A DNA stretch of 64,000 nucleotides from Planctomycetota bacterium (GTDB taxonomy: Bacteria; Planctomycetota; UBA1135; UBA2386): contig OZ245838.1 in the NCBI GenBank assembly GCA_965228735.1, forward strand, positions 704,001-768,000, written 5' to 3'. Shown piece after piece: positions 1 through 9,636 of the stretch. The first letter of the stretch is position 1, and each line of letters opens with the position of its first letter. The notes below the pieces were generated by a model. It was not told the origin of the DNA and made no database searches. It worked only from the letters and a program-made list of their open reading frames with translations. The position numbers were made by a program, and so were the translations under genes.

Positions 1-34
1 CTGGTGCACCGTCTATCGGCAGCACCGTCTTGCA

Positions 35-616
35 ATGCGTTGCCCTTACTGCAAAGCAGACAACGATCGGGTCATCGATTCGCGCGCGAGCGCCGATGGC
101 TTCGCGATCCGGCGCCGCCGCGTGTGCGCCGACTGCGCGCGTCGCTACACCACCTACGAGCGTGTCGAGACGGCGCCGCTCCGCGTGGTGAAGAAGAGCG
201 GCGACCGCGTGGCGTTCGATCGCGCCAAGTTGCTGTCGGGCATGGTGCGCGCATGCGAGAAGCGACCGGTGTCGCACGACGAACTCGAGACGGTCGCGGA
301 CCGGATCGAGCGGCAGTGCATGGAGGCATTCGACAAGGAGGTGCCGAGCAAGGTGATCGGCAACCTCATCATGCAGGAGCTGCGGCAACTCGATCAGGTT
401 GCCTACGTCCGGTTCGCGTCGGTCTATCGCGAGTTCAAGGACGTGACGGAGTTCCTCGAAGAGCTGAAGCCGATGCTCGATCCGTCGAAGATCGACGGCA
501 AGCTCGGCGCGACGCTCGGCGGGACGGAAGTCGACGGTCAGCAGCGACTGCCGGAACAGCAGGGTCAGCAGGAATGGGAGGGCGGTCATGAGAAGGCGGA
601 AGGAACATCTGGTTGA
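35..616 (+). CDS. nrdR: Transcriptional repressor NrdR
   Basis: MRCPYC...VIDSR...IRRRRVCADCARRYTTYER zinc ribbon, ATP cone (VVKKSGDRVAFDRAKL) and LDQVAYVRFASVYREF signature; ~40 aa C-terminal extension. Confidence 0.97.
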   Translation: MRCPYCKADNDRVIDSRASADGFAIRRRRVCADCARRYTTYERVETAPLRVVKKSGDRVAFDRAKLLSGMVRACEKRPVSHDELETVADRIERQCMEAFDKEVPSKVIGNLIMQELRQLDQVAYVRFASVYREFKDVTEFLEELKPMLDPSKIDGKLGATLGGTEVDGQQRLPEQQGQQEWEGGHEKAEGTSG

Positions 617-1142
617 GAAGCGCGACGGCCGTCGCGAGTTCATGCGCTCGACCAAGCTCGCGCGCTCGATCCATCTCGCGCTGCACAGTGTCGGCGTCGA
701 CGAGGATTGGCGGGCCCTCGAGCTCGCGAGCGTCGTGCTCGCGGCGCTCCGCGAACGCGGTGCGGCGACGACCGTCGCGGCGACGGACCTCGTCAAGTCG
801 GCCGGAACGCGGAAGCCGGGCGGCGGCAAGACCGGATCGCGCAAGAACGGTGCGCAGACGGCCGGCGCCGGCGGTGAGCCCGCCGTGATCCGCACGATCG
901 ACATCGCGGACGCCGTGCAGCACGTTCTCGTCGCGACGGGGCAGCCGTCGGCGGCCGTGGCCTACGGTGCGGTGGGCGCGGAACGGGCGCGTCGCCATCG
1001 CACGCTCGCGACGCTCGGGCGCGCCGGTGACGGCGTCGGCTTCGACGCGGCGGCGAGTGGCTCGCGCCCCGGACAGGCGCTGCGCGGCGATCGCGACGTC
1101 GATCGCAGCTCGGACCGCAATTCCGATTTGGGGCGGAACTAG
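588..1142 (+). CDS. Stand-alone ATP-cone-like protein
   Basis: N-terminal LVEKRDGRREFMRSTKLARSI and later IRTIDIADAVQHVLVATGQPSAAVAY match the two halves of an ATP cone; overlaps nrdR and ends 3 nt before smc. Confidence 0.7.
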   Translation: MRRRKEHLVEKRDGRREFMRSTKLARSIHLALHSVGVDEDWRALELASVVLAALRERGAATTVAATDLVKSAGTRKPGGGKTGSRKNGAQTAGAGGEPAVIRTIDIADAVQHVLVATGQPSAAVAYGAVGAERARRHRTLATLGRAGDGVGFDAAASGSRPGQALRGDRDVDRSSDRNSDLGRN

Positions 1143-1145
1143 TCG

Positions 1146-4100
1146 ATGCGCCTCAAGCGACTCGTTGCCCGCGGCTTCAAATCGTTCGCGGACCGAACGG
1201 AGTTCGAGTTCGACTCCCGGCTCACCGGCATCATCGGGCCGAACGGCTGCGGCAAGTCCAACGTCGTCGACGCGATCAAGTGGGTGCTCGGTGATCAGCG
1301 CGCCAAGAGCCTGCGCGGCACGGCGATGACCGACGTGATCTTCAAGGGCGCCGAGGGGCGCCCGGCGCTCGGCATGGCCGAGGTGACGATCACGTTCGAG
1401 TCGCCCGAAGAACGCAATGGTCGCACCGAGATCGACATCTCGCGGCGCCTGACCGTGGACAAGGAGTCGACCTACCTGCTCAACGGCGAGCAGGTCCGGC
1501 TCAAGGACGTGCGCGACGAGCTGCTCGATACCGGGCTCGGCACCGGCGGCTACTCCGTGATGGAGCAGGGCCGCATCGATGCCGTGCTGTCGGCCAACCC
1601 GGAGGCGCGGCGCGCGATCTTCGAGGAAGCCGCCGGCATCTCGCGCTTCAAGCTGCAGAAGAAGGAGGCGCTGCGCAAACTCGAGCGCACGGACCAGAAC
1701 CTCGCGCGTGCGACCGATCTGCTCGAAGAGCGCGCCCGGCGGATTCGGAGCCTGCGCATCCAGGCCGGCAAGGCCCGGCGGTGGCGTGAGCTGCAGGCCG
1801 AGTTGCGCGATCTGCGCGCGGCGCTCGCGGTGCTCGACGGCCGCCAGCTGCGTGCGGAGACCGAGACCATTCGTGAGCGGCTCGGCGAGTTGCAACAGGA
1901 GCACGGGGCGGCCGAAGAGGGTGGGCGCGCCAGCGCCGCCGAGCTCGCGATCGCGGATGAGGCGATCGTCGCTGCCGCGAACGCGCTCGAGGCCGTGCAG
2001 GCGGAGCTGTCAACCGCTCGCAACGAGCTCACGTCGCACACGGAGCGCGCGGAGGCGCAGGGGCAGCGGGCGTCCGATCTCGACGCGGAGATCGAGCGTG
2101 GCCGCCAGCGCGTGCGGGCGATCCACGACCAGCAGCAGGAGCGCCGCGGGGAGCTCACCGAGGCGCAGCAGGACCTGGCGTCGCGCGAGAGTGACCTCAT
2201 CGCGATCCACCGCGACCTCGAGGAGCAGCGCAAGAGCGTGCAGTCGGCCCTCGATGCGATGCGCGCGCTGCAGAGCGAGCGCGAGCAGCTGCGGGAGCGG
2301 CAGCTCGACCTGCTGCACCGGCGCACGCGGTCGCGCAACCTGGCCTCGGACGCGAGCGCCAAGATCGCGGCGGTGCGCGGGCGCGAGCAGCGGCTCGACG
2401 AACGCCGCGAGGTGCTCGGCGACGAGACGGGCAGCATCGATCGCGATGTCGCGACGTGGCGCGAGCAGCTCACCGAGCTGTCGACGCGTGAGCGCATTCT
2501 CGGCGAACGCGAGCAGCGGGCGTTGTCCGACCTCGAGGTCGCGGACGCCGCAGCCGCCGAACTCGCGCAGCGCGAGAGCGACCTGCGACGCGACCTCTCG
2601 CAGGTCGAGGGTCGGCAGCAGGCGCTGCAGGCGATGGAGGCCCACATGGAGGGCCTCGACGAGGCGCCGCGCTACGTGCTCGAGAAGCAGCCGCCCGGGC
2701 TGCGCGGGCGATTGCTCGATCTGATCGAGATCGACCTCGAGCACGGGGTCGCGCTCGAGGCCGCGCTCGGCCCGTTCGTGCAGGCGCTCGTCGTCGACAC
2801 GCGCGAGCACGCGGCGGCGATCGTCCGCGATCTCGCCGAACAGCGACTCGGTCGGGTGCTGCTGCTCGTCGAGGAGGCATTCGGCGAACAGCCGCGCGGT
2901 GGCTCGACGTTGCTCACGCCGCCGACCGGGGCGAACTACCTCACGGACCTCGTCCGGCACGTCCTCGAGGGCGAGGCGGACGACGACGGCGTGATCGCGC
3001 CGAACACGGGCAGCGAACGCCTCATGGCCTGGCTGCTGCGCGGCGTCGTGCTCGCCGACTTCGACATCGCGGACAGCGCGCGCGCCGACCTGTGCTTCGT
3101 GACGCCGGACGGGACGCTCGTCTGCGGGCCGCGCATGGAAGGCGGCGCCGTCGCCGAAGGGCATGCCGGGCTCGTCGTGCGCAAGTCGCAGATCCAGCGG
3201 CTCGGCGAGGAGGCCGCGGAGCTCGAGGAGCGCCTCGATGCGCAGCGGGTCGACAAGGACACCGCGGCGACGCGCGTGGCGCGCCTGAAGCGCGAGCTCA
3301 AGGAACTCGGCCACGGTCTGCAGGCCGTGCGGCGGTTGCGGCAGGAAGCCGAGGGCGAGGTCACGCGTCTCGCGGCGCGGCGGCGCGACGTCGACAACGA
3401 GCTCGGCGAGCTCGCGCTCGAAGCCGCGGAGCTGCGGCGCACCGAGAGCGGCGCGCTCGGGCGGCTCGGGGTCGCGTTGTTCGATCAGTTCCTGCTGTCG
3501 CGCATGGAGCAAGCGGTCGAGGCCGACGATTCGGCGCTCGACGAGCGCGTCAGGGCGGCGGAGCAGGCCAGCAAGGCCGAGCAGGACAAGGAGCAGGAGC
3601 TGCGCCTCAAGCAGGTGCAGACCGGTGAGGCGCGCGAAGGTCTCGTGCGTTCGATCCGGGTCCACGAAGCCGCGCTCGAGGATCTCGAGCGGGCCGGCCA
3701 GGAGGTCGAGGACCGCCAGCTCGATGCCGAATCCGATCGCGACCGGGCGCAACAGGAGCAGCAGCGGCTGCAGGACCTCGCGACCGAGGTCAGCGAACAT
3801 GTCGAGGGGCTCGAGCTGCAGAAGGGCGAGCGCCAGACGACGCTCGACGACGCGCGCACGGCGCGTGGACGCGTGCAGCAGCAGGTGCACGAGTGGGAGC
3901 AGCGCCGGTCGCTCGCGTCCGAGCAGCTGACGCAGGCGCGCCTGCAGCTCGCCGACGTCGAGCATCGCTTCTCGCGGCTCGAGGATCGGCTGCGCGAGGA
4001 CACCAGGATCGAGCTGCTGCGCTGTCTCGGCGAGGTGCGCGGCATCGGGCTCATCGACCAGCGCGGGTTCGTCGGGCCGCCGGCGCGGAGCGGCGTCGTG

Positions 4101-4964
4101 GAGGTGCTGCAGGGCCCGCCGTTGCCGCCCGACGAGGTGCAGCTCTATGCCGACCTCGCGTGCCAGTGGGACGACCCCGAGTTCGACGCCAGCGAGGCGA
4201 AGAAGGAGGTCAAGGTCCTGCAGTCGCAGAAGGACCGCCTCGGTTCGGTCAACCTCGATGCCGTGCGCGAGCTCGAGGACGAGGAGGGCGAGTTCGGCAA
4301 CACGGAGCAGGAGGTCGCGGACCTCAAGGAGGCGCGGCGCGCGCTGCTCGAGACGCTCAAGACGCTCGAGACCGAGTCGCGCACGCTGTTCGAGGCGACG
4401 TTCCACGCGGCGCGGAAGAACTTCCAGGAGCTGTTCCGCAAGCTGTTCCAGGGCGGCCGCGCCGACATGTTCCTCGGCGAGGCCGAGGACATGCTCGAGG
4501 CCGGCATCGAGATCGTGGCGCAGCCGCCGGGCAAGCAGCTGCAGTCGATCAACCTGCTGAGCGGTGGTGAACGTTCGCTCACGGCGGTTGCGATCCTGTT
4601 CGCGCTGTTCAAGGTGCGGCCGAGCCCGTTCTGCATCCTCGACGAGGTGGACGCCGCGCTCGACGACACGAACGTCGAACGCTTCCTGCGCGTGCTGCGC
4701 GAGTTCATCGAGGACACGCAGTTCTGCATCGTGACCCACCACAAGCGCACGATGGCCGAGTGCCAGGTGCTCTACGGCATCACGATGCAGCGCCGCGGCA
4801 TCAGCTCCCGCATCGCGGTCGCGCTCGCTCAGGTCGACAGCTTCCAGGAAACGGGCGAGCTCGACGGCGACGAAGGCGCCGGCGCCAACCCGGCCGTGCA
4901 GCGCGGCGGCGTCGACCCGGCGCTGAAGCAGCGCATCGCCGGCGAAGAGCACATCGGGTTCTGA
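1146..4964 (+). CDS. smc: Chromosome segregation protein SMC
   Basis: GFKSFAD, Walker A GPNGCGKSN, long coiled coils around a hinge, signature LSGGERS, Walker B/D-loop ILDEVDAALD, IVTH. Confidence 0.98.
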   Translation: MRLKRLVARGFKSFADRTEFEFDSRLTGIIGPNGCGKSNVVDAIKWVLGDQRAKSLRGTAMTDVIFKGAEGRPALGMAEVTITFESPEERNGRTEIDISRRLTVDKESTYLLNGEQVRLKDVRDELLDTGLGTGGYSVMEQGRIDAVLSANPEARRAIFEEAAGISRFKLQKKEALRKLERTDQNLARATDLLEERARRIRSLRIQAGKARRWRELQAELRDLRAALAVLDGRQLRAETETIRERLGELQQEHGAAEEGGRASAAELAIADEAIVAAANALEAVQAELSTARNELTSHTERAEAQGQRASDLDAEIERGRQRVRAIHDQQQERRGELTEAQQDLASRESDLIAIHRDLEEQRKSVQSALDAMRALQSEREQLRERQLDLLHRRTRSRNLASDASAKIAAVRGREQRLDERREVLGDETGSIDRDVATWREQLTELSTRERILGEREQRALSDLEVADAAAAELAQRESDLRRDLSQVEGRQQALQAMEAHMEGLDEAPRYVLEKQPPGLRGRLLDLIEIDLEHGVALEAALGPFVQALVVDTREHAAAIVRDLAEQRLGRVLLLVEEAFGEQPRGGSTLLTPPTGANYLTDLVRHVLEGEADDDGVIAPNTGSERLMAWLLRGVVLADFDIADSARADLCFVTPDGTLVCGPRMEGGAVAEGHAGLVVRKSQIQRLGEEAAELEERLDAQRVDKDTAATRVARLKRELKELGHGLQAVRRLRQEAEGEVTRLAARRRDVDNELGELALEAAELRRTESGALGRLGVALFDQFLLSRMEQAVEADDSALDERVRAAEQASKAEQDKEQELRLKQVQTGEAREGLVRSIRVHEAALEDLERAGQEVEDRQLDAESDRDRAQQEQQRLQDLATEVSEHVEGLELQKGERQTTLDDARTARGRVQQQVHEWEQRRSLASEQLTQARLQLADVEHRFSRLEDRLREDTRIELLRCLGEVRGIGLIDQRGFVGPPARSGVVEVLQGPPLPPDEVQLYADLACQWDDPEFDASEAKKEVKVLQSQKDRLGSVNLDAVRELEDEEGEFGNTEQEVADLKEARRALLETLKTLETESRTLFEATFHAARKNFQELFRKLFQGGRADMFLGEAEDMLEAGIEIVAQPPGKQLQSINLLSGGERSLTAVAILFALFKVRPSPFCILDEVDAALDDTNVERFLRVLREFIEDTQFCIVTHHKRTMAECQVLYGITMQRRGISSRIAVALAQVDSFQETGELDGDEGAGANPAVQRGGVDPALKQRIAGEEHIGF

Positions 4965-4999
4965 GCACGGTTGCTCGCGGAGCGAGCAAACGTGCTCAG
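4961..4999. repeat. Inverted repeat/hairpin at the smc stop (REP-like or terminator)
   Basis: ctgagcacg-g-ttgctcgc-gga-gcgagcaa-a-cgtgctcag; followed by a second small hairpin gcgctccttcggagcgc. Confidence 0.6.
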
Positions 5000-5119
5000 G
5001 GCCTCGCCGCGCTCCTTCGGAGCGCCGCTTCGGTTCTGAAGGCCGGGTGCGAACCCGGCAGATCGTACCGGGTACCGTACGGGGTCGCGCGGTACCGCCA
5101 TCGGCGTAGGCTGTTCGGC

Positions 5120-7486
5120 ATGTTGCGCCGTCACCTGTCGCTGGTCCTCACGCTCGCGTTGGCTGCTTGCTCGGCGTCGCCGCCGCGCGTGTCGCACGAG
5201 GACCCGGCGCTAGCGCGGGTGACGGCGGATCTGCGGCCGTACATCCTGCGGCAGATCAGTGAGATGGGGATTCCGGGGGCGTGCATCGCGGTGCTCGACG
5301 TCGATCCCGTGACCGGCGAAGAACGGTATTGGGTCGAGGGTTTCGGCTACTGCGACGCGGCAGCGGCGGAGCGCGGGATGCGCAACACGATGCCGACCGG
5401 CGACCCGGCCTTGCCGGCCAACGCCGTGCATCGCGTCGCGTCGATCAGCAAGTTGTTCACTGCCACAGCCGCGATGGTGCTCGTCGAACGCGGTCAGCTC
5501 GACCTCGACGTGCCGGTGTCGCGCTACTTGCCGGAGTTCCAGCCGCACAACCCGTTCGACGGGGACATCACGCTGCGCCACCTCATGGGGCATCGCGCGG
5601 GCATCGTGCGCGAGTCGCCCGTCGGGCACTACTTCGATCCGGACGAGCCGACCCTCACTGCGACGGTTGCGTCGCTGAACGGCACGTCGCTCGTCCACGC
5701 GCCGGGCAGCAAGATGAAATACAGCAACCCCGGCGTGGGCGTGGTCGGCGAAGTGGTCGCGCGGGTGACCGGCAAGTCGTTCGAGGACGCCGTCCGCGAG
5801 CTCGTGCTCACGCCGCTCGGCATGCACGACAGCGACTTCGCCGAACGGCCGGATCTCGTCGCGCGCCAACCCCACGGCGTCATGTGGACCTACGACGGCC
5901 GCGACGTGCCGACGCCCGACTTCCAGTTCGGCTACTCGTCGGCGGCCAACCTGCGGAGCACGGTCTTCGACCTGGCGCGCTTCGCGCGCAGCTGGTTGCC
6001 CGACGCGAAGCAGCGCGTGCTTCGCCGCGAGACGCAGCTGCGGATGTGGGCGTTGCCGCCCGGGGAGACGCGCGGCTGCGGACTCGGCTTCTTCATGAAC
6101 GAGATCGACGGGCGCCGCACGGTCAGTCACGGCGGCGCGGTCTACGGCTTTGCCTCGAACCTCACGGCGATGCCCGACGACGGGCTCGCCGTCGCGGTCG
6201 TCGTCACCAAGGACTTCTGCAACGACGTCGCGGATGCGATCGCTCGGCGCGCCCTCGAGGCGGCGATCAAGAACCGCGAGGGCGAGTCGCTGGATCCGCC
6301 CGTGTACCCGCAGCCGGTCGGGCGCGACCGGGCCCGGAAGCTGGCCGGCACGTGGCTGTGCGGCGAGGACTGGGTCCGGCTCTACGAACGCGATGGCGAA
6401 CTGATCTACGACCCGAACATCGGCGTTCGGACGCGGCTGCGCGTCATGCCGGACGGTCGGATGATCGGCGACGATCCGCTCGCGATCGGCGGGCGCGTGC
6501 TGCGCGAACTCGAGAACGGCAACCTGCACGATGGCATGGTCGAGTATGTGCGCGACACCAGCGTGCCCGCGCCGTGCCCGGCGGAGTTGCTGCCGTACCT
6601 CGGCGAGTACGGCTGGGAGCACAACGTGCTCATCGTGTACGAGGACCGCGGCCGGCTCGGCGTGCTCATCGAGTGGGTCATCCGCGACATCGTCGACCCG
6701 GCTGGCGACGACCGCTTCGTGTTCCCGGGCGGCATGTACCGCAACGACCAGCTGCGCTTCGAGCGCGACGAACGCGGCGAGGTCGTAGCCGCGGTCGTCG
6801 GCGGCGCGCGGTTCCCGCGGCTGCCCGGACCGACCGCGGGTACGTTCCGCATCGATCCGGTGCGGCCGATCCCCGAACTCATCGAGGAAGCGCGCGCGAG
6901 CGTCGGTCCGCCCGCGCCCGGTCCCGCACGGCTGCGCGACTTCGATCTTCTCGACCTGCGCGCGATCGGCGACACGCTGAAGCTCGACATCCGCTACGCG
7001 TCGGACAACAACTTCCTCGGGCACGCGATCTACCCCGAGGCGATCGCCAAGATGCAGCGGCCCGCGGCGGGGGCGCTGAAGCAGGTGCACGAGCGCCTCG
7101 CGGAGCAGGGTCTCGGCCTCGTGATCTTCGACGCCTACCGGCCGTGGTGGGTCACCAAGGTATTCTTCGACGCGACGCCGGAGTCGATGAAGCACTTCGT
7201 CGCCGACCCGGCGCACGGCTCACGCCACAACCGTGGCTGCGCCGTGGATCTCTCGCTGTATCACCTCGACTCCGGCGAGGTGATCACGATGCCGAGCGGC
7301 TACGACGAGTTCACGGCCCGGGCCTACCCTGACTACGTGGGTGGCACGTCACGCCAGCGCCACTACCGCGAGGTGCTGCGCCGCGCGATGGAGGACGCCG
7401 GCTTCACCGTGTACGAGTACGAGTGGTGGCACTTCGACTTCCACGAGTGGCGGCGGTATCCGCTCGGGAACGAGGTGCTGAAGTAG
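5120..7486 (+). CDS. Lipoprotein: serine hydrolase (beta-lactamase family) fused to a D-Ala-D-Ala dipeptidase (VanX/DdpX-like, M15D)
   Basis: Lipobox LAAC; SISK (SxxK), YSN and HGG motifs; C-terminal DIRYASDNNF, FDAYRPW, SRHNRGCAVDL, EWWHFD; start refined to ATG 5120. Confidence 0.88.
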   Translation: MLRRHLSLVLTLALAACSASPPRVSHEDPALARVTADLRPYILRQISEMGIPGACIAVLDVDPVTGEERYWVEGFGYCDAAAAERGMRNTMPTGDPALPANAVHRVASISKLFTATAAMVLVERGQLDLDVPVSRYLPEFQPHNPFDGDITLRHLMGHRAGIVRESPVGHYFDPDEPTLTATVASLNGTSLVHAPGSKMKYSNPGVGVVGEVVARVTGKSFEDAVRELVLTPLGMHDSDFAERPDLVARQPHGVMWTYDGRDVPTPDFQFGYSSAANLRSTVFDLARFARSWLPDAKQRVLRRETQLRMWALPPGETRGCGLGFFMNEIDGRRTVSHGGAVYGFASNLTAMPDDGLAVAVVVTKDFCNDVADAIARRALEAAIKNREGESLDPPVYPQPVGRDRARKLAGTWLCGEDWVRLYERDGELIYDPNIGVRTRLRVMPDGRMIGDDPLAIGGRVLRELENGNLHDGMVEYVRDTSVPAPCPAELLPYLGEYGWEHNVLIVYEDRGRLGVLIEWVIRDIVDPAGDDRFVFPGGMYRNDQLRFERDERGEVVAAVVGGARFPRLPGPTAGTFRIDPVRPIPELIEEARASVGPPAPGPARLRDFDLLDLRAIGDTLKLDIRYASDNNFLGHAIYPEAIAKMQRPAAGALKQVHERLAEQGLGLVIFDAYRPWWVTKVFFDATPESMKHFVADPAHGSRHNRGCAVDLSLYHLDSGEVITMPSGYDEFTARAYPDYVGGTSRQRHYREVLRRAMEDAGFTVYEYEWWHFDFHEWRRYPLGNEVLK

Positions 7487-7536
7487 GCGCCGTCCGCCGC
7501 GACGCGATCCGGCGGCGAACGCGCAGTGCGACGGAG

Positions 7537-7935
7537 CTACAGCGTCCGGGAGAGGGCCAGGAGCTCGTACGCGGTCTCGTACGACTCGCCGTCGGATGAC
7601 TCGCTGGATTCGCCGCGGCAGGTCACGCTGCGCTTCTGCGGTGCCGTCGCCAGGACCGCGTCGAGCGCGAGGTCTTCGAAGCGCGTCGTGCTCGTGCGGT
7701 TCGGCGGCGTCTTGAACCACAAGGAGAACGGCTTGCCATCGTGCTCACCCCTGAGGCGGAAGCCGACGGTGCCGTCGGCACGCACCGTCCATTCGGCGAT
7801 CGTTCCCTGTCGTTCCATCGCGCGCCGCAGGGTCGCGTTCTCGACGGGGGTGCTCGTCGGGGTCGCGGTCGCCGCGATGAAGGCGAAGGGGAGAATGAGG
7901 GGCGAGCAGAGAAGGAGCGTGCGGGGGAGTTTCAT
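7537..7935 (-). CDS. Secreted hypothetical protein
   Basis: Signal-peptide-like N-terminus; AAAGGA upstream; co-oriented with dps. Confidence 0.65.
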   Translation of the reverse strand: MKLPRTLLLCSPLILPFAFIAATATPTSTPVENATLRRAMERQGTIAEWTVRADGTVGFRLRGEHDGKPFSLWFKTPPNRTSTTRFEDLALDAVLATAPQKRSVTCRGESSESSDGESYETAYELLALSRTL

Positions 7936-8011
7936 GGTGATGTCCTTTGCGGTTGTGGAGCGGGTCCGAACGGCGTGCCCGAGGCGGGAGAGGGCGAGGG
8001 TGGCGGTGGGC

Positions 8012-8509
8012 TCAGTCGGACGGGCCGCCGAGCTGCGACGTCAGCATCCAGTGGTGCTTCTCGATCGCGGAGACGATGCCGATCGCGAGGTCCTCACTGA
8101 TCGGGTCGACCTCGGCGAGCTTGGCCATGGCCGATCGGCCGCGGCGGGACATCGCGGCGAGGTCGTCGCAGACGAGGCCGATCGCCTGTTCGACCGTCAG
8201 CAGGCCGGACGGGAAGTCGCCGAGTTCGGCCTTGGTCGACACGGTCGCCGGCAAGCCATCCGCGGCGCCGCCGACGGTCACGATCCGTTCGGCCACGTCG
8301 TCGACGGCCTCGCGGACATCGACGAGGATCTCGTCGAGCTGCTCGTGGATCGACTTGAAGCGGCGGCCACGCAGGTTCCAGTGCGCCTGCTTGAGGCGGA
8401 GGGCGGTGGCGACGAGGCCCGGGAGCCAGGTCTGCAGCGCCTCGACGGTCTGGGCGCGGTTGTGGTCGGGGAGGTCGAAGGGGGTGGAACGATGAAGCGT
8501 TTCAGTCAT
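8012..8509 (-). CDS. dps: Dps DNA-binding ferritin-like protein
   Basis: KQAHWNLRGRRFKSIHEQLDE, DDVAERI, IEKHHWML; start refined to ATG 8509. Confidence 0.93.
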   Translation of the reverse strand: MTETLHRSTPFDLPDHNRAQTVEALQTWLPGLVATALRLKQAHWNLRGRRFKSIHEQLDEILVDVREAVDDVAERIVTVGGAADGLPATVSTKAELGDFPSGLLTVEQAIGLVCDDLAAMSRRGRSAMAKLAEVDPISEDLAIGIVSAIEKHHWMLTSQLGGPSD

Positions 8510-8572
8510 TGGTGGGGAAGCGGCGAGCCGCTCGCGAAGGGCGCGAGGCCGGCGGCTCGTCGCGGCACCTAC

Positions 8573-8588
8573 ATCAACTGCCGTGCCA
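8573..8588 (-). promoter_or_regulatory. Possible sigma-54-type -24/-12 promoter for dps (non-canonical -12)
   Basis: Minus strand TGGCAC-GGCAG-TTGAT about 65 nt upstream of dps; GA instead of GC at -12. Confidence 0.25.
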
Positions 8589-8715
8589 GGCACTGCAAGG
8601 CAACGGGATTCGGGTCCGATCCCGAATCGCACCCTGCGGTCGGTCGTTCAGCTGCCGATCCGACTGCAGTTCGACTTCCGATCGCGATTGCTCGATCCTG
8701 CGAGTTCCGCAGGTT

Positions 8716-9594
8716 CTACCCCGGGGCGCGGTCGGTCGGCGTCGGGATGCGTCGGTCCAGCCACCTCGTGACGCAGTCGATCACGGCGTCCCGGCGTTCC
8801 GGCAGATCGTTGAACAGCTCGTGATACGTGTCGTCGAACGCCACGACGTCACCGACCGCGTGCGCGGCAGCGAAGCGGCGGGTCGCGTCGGCATCGACCA
8901 CCTTGTCCACGCTCGCGAACATCAACAGCACCGGCAGCCCTTGCGGCAGCGTCGCCGCGTGCACGCGCGCCATCGCGCGGGTCGCTTCGCGGAACCAGCG
9001 CGGCGTCGTCGTGCGAAACACCAGTTCGTCCGCGCCGTAGCGCGCCTGCAGCTCGGGATCGCGGCAGACCGCGCTCGGGTCGAGCCCGGACGGCAGCGGA
9101 CAGCTCGGCCAGATCACGTCGAGGACGCGGGCGGCGAGGCGCTCCGCGATCGTGATGCGGCGCCCGAGACCGAGCAGTGGCGAAGACAGCACGACGCCGG
9201 CGAGTTCGGGCCGTGCGCGATCTGCCGCGGTCAGCAGATCGAGGATGACGAGGCCGCCCATGGAATGGCCGAGCAGGAACACGGGCAGCGGTTGGCCCGC
9301 GGGCCCGTGCGCCGCGGCGAACTCGCCGGCCCGGTCGAGCAGCTGCACGACGTCCGCGCCGTAATCGGCGAACCGCCGGACGTGGCCGCGCCGGCCTGGC
9401 GAACGGCCGTGACCACGCAGATCGAGCGCGATCGCCGCCATGCCGTGATCGCGCAGCGCGGCCGCGACATGGGCGTATCGGGCGCCGTGCTCGGCGTAGC
9501 CGTGGACGATCGCGACGACCGCGCGGGCGCCCGGGAACGTCCAGTCGTGGAAGTTCGGGGCGGCGGACTCGGGGTGGTCTCTGCTGGCGGCCAT
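8716..9594 (-). CDS. Alpha/beta hydrolase (lysophospholipase/monoacylglycerol lipase family)
   Basis: VHGYAEH, DLRGHGRSPG, GHSMGG nucleophile elbow, DKVVD, YHELFN. Confidence 0.92.
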   Translation of the reverse strand: MAASRDHPESAAPNFHDWTFPGARAVVAIVHGYAEHGARYAHVAAALRDHGMAAIALDLRGHGRSPGRRGHVRRFADYGADVVQLLDRAGEFAAAHGPAGQPLPVFLLGHSMGGLVILDLLTAADRARPELAGVVLSSPLLGLGRRITIAERLAARVLDVIWPSCPLPSGLDPSAVCRDPELQARYGADELVFRTTTPRWFREATRAMARVHAATLPQGLPVLLMFASVDKVVDADATRRFAAAHAVGDVVAFDDTYHELFNDLPERRDAVIDCVTRWLDRRIPTPTDRAPG

Positions 9595-9636
9595 GGGGCG
9601 GGTCGCGGCGGGCCGTTGTGCTACACTCACCGCCCC

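Noticed and set aside
5040..5101. GTAC-rich stretch resembling the ends of the palindromic elements
   Set aside because: Similarity is short and there is no long paired arm; it could be chance
8509..9636. N-terminal 376 aa of the 998-aa ORF
   Set aside because: Overlaps the lysophospholipase gene on the opposite strand; a signal peptide begins at GTG 9637
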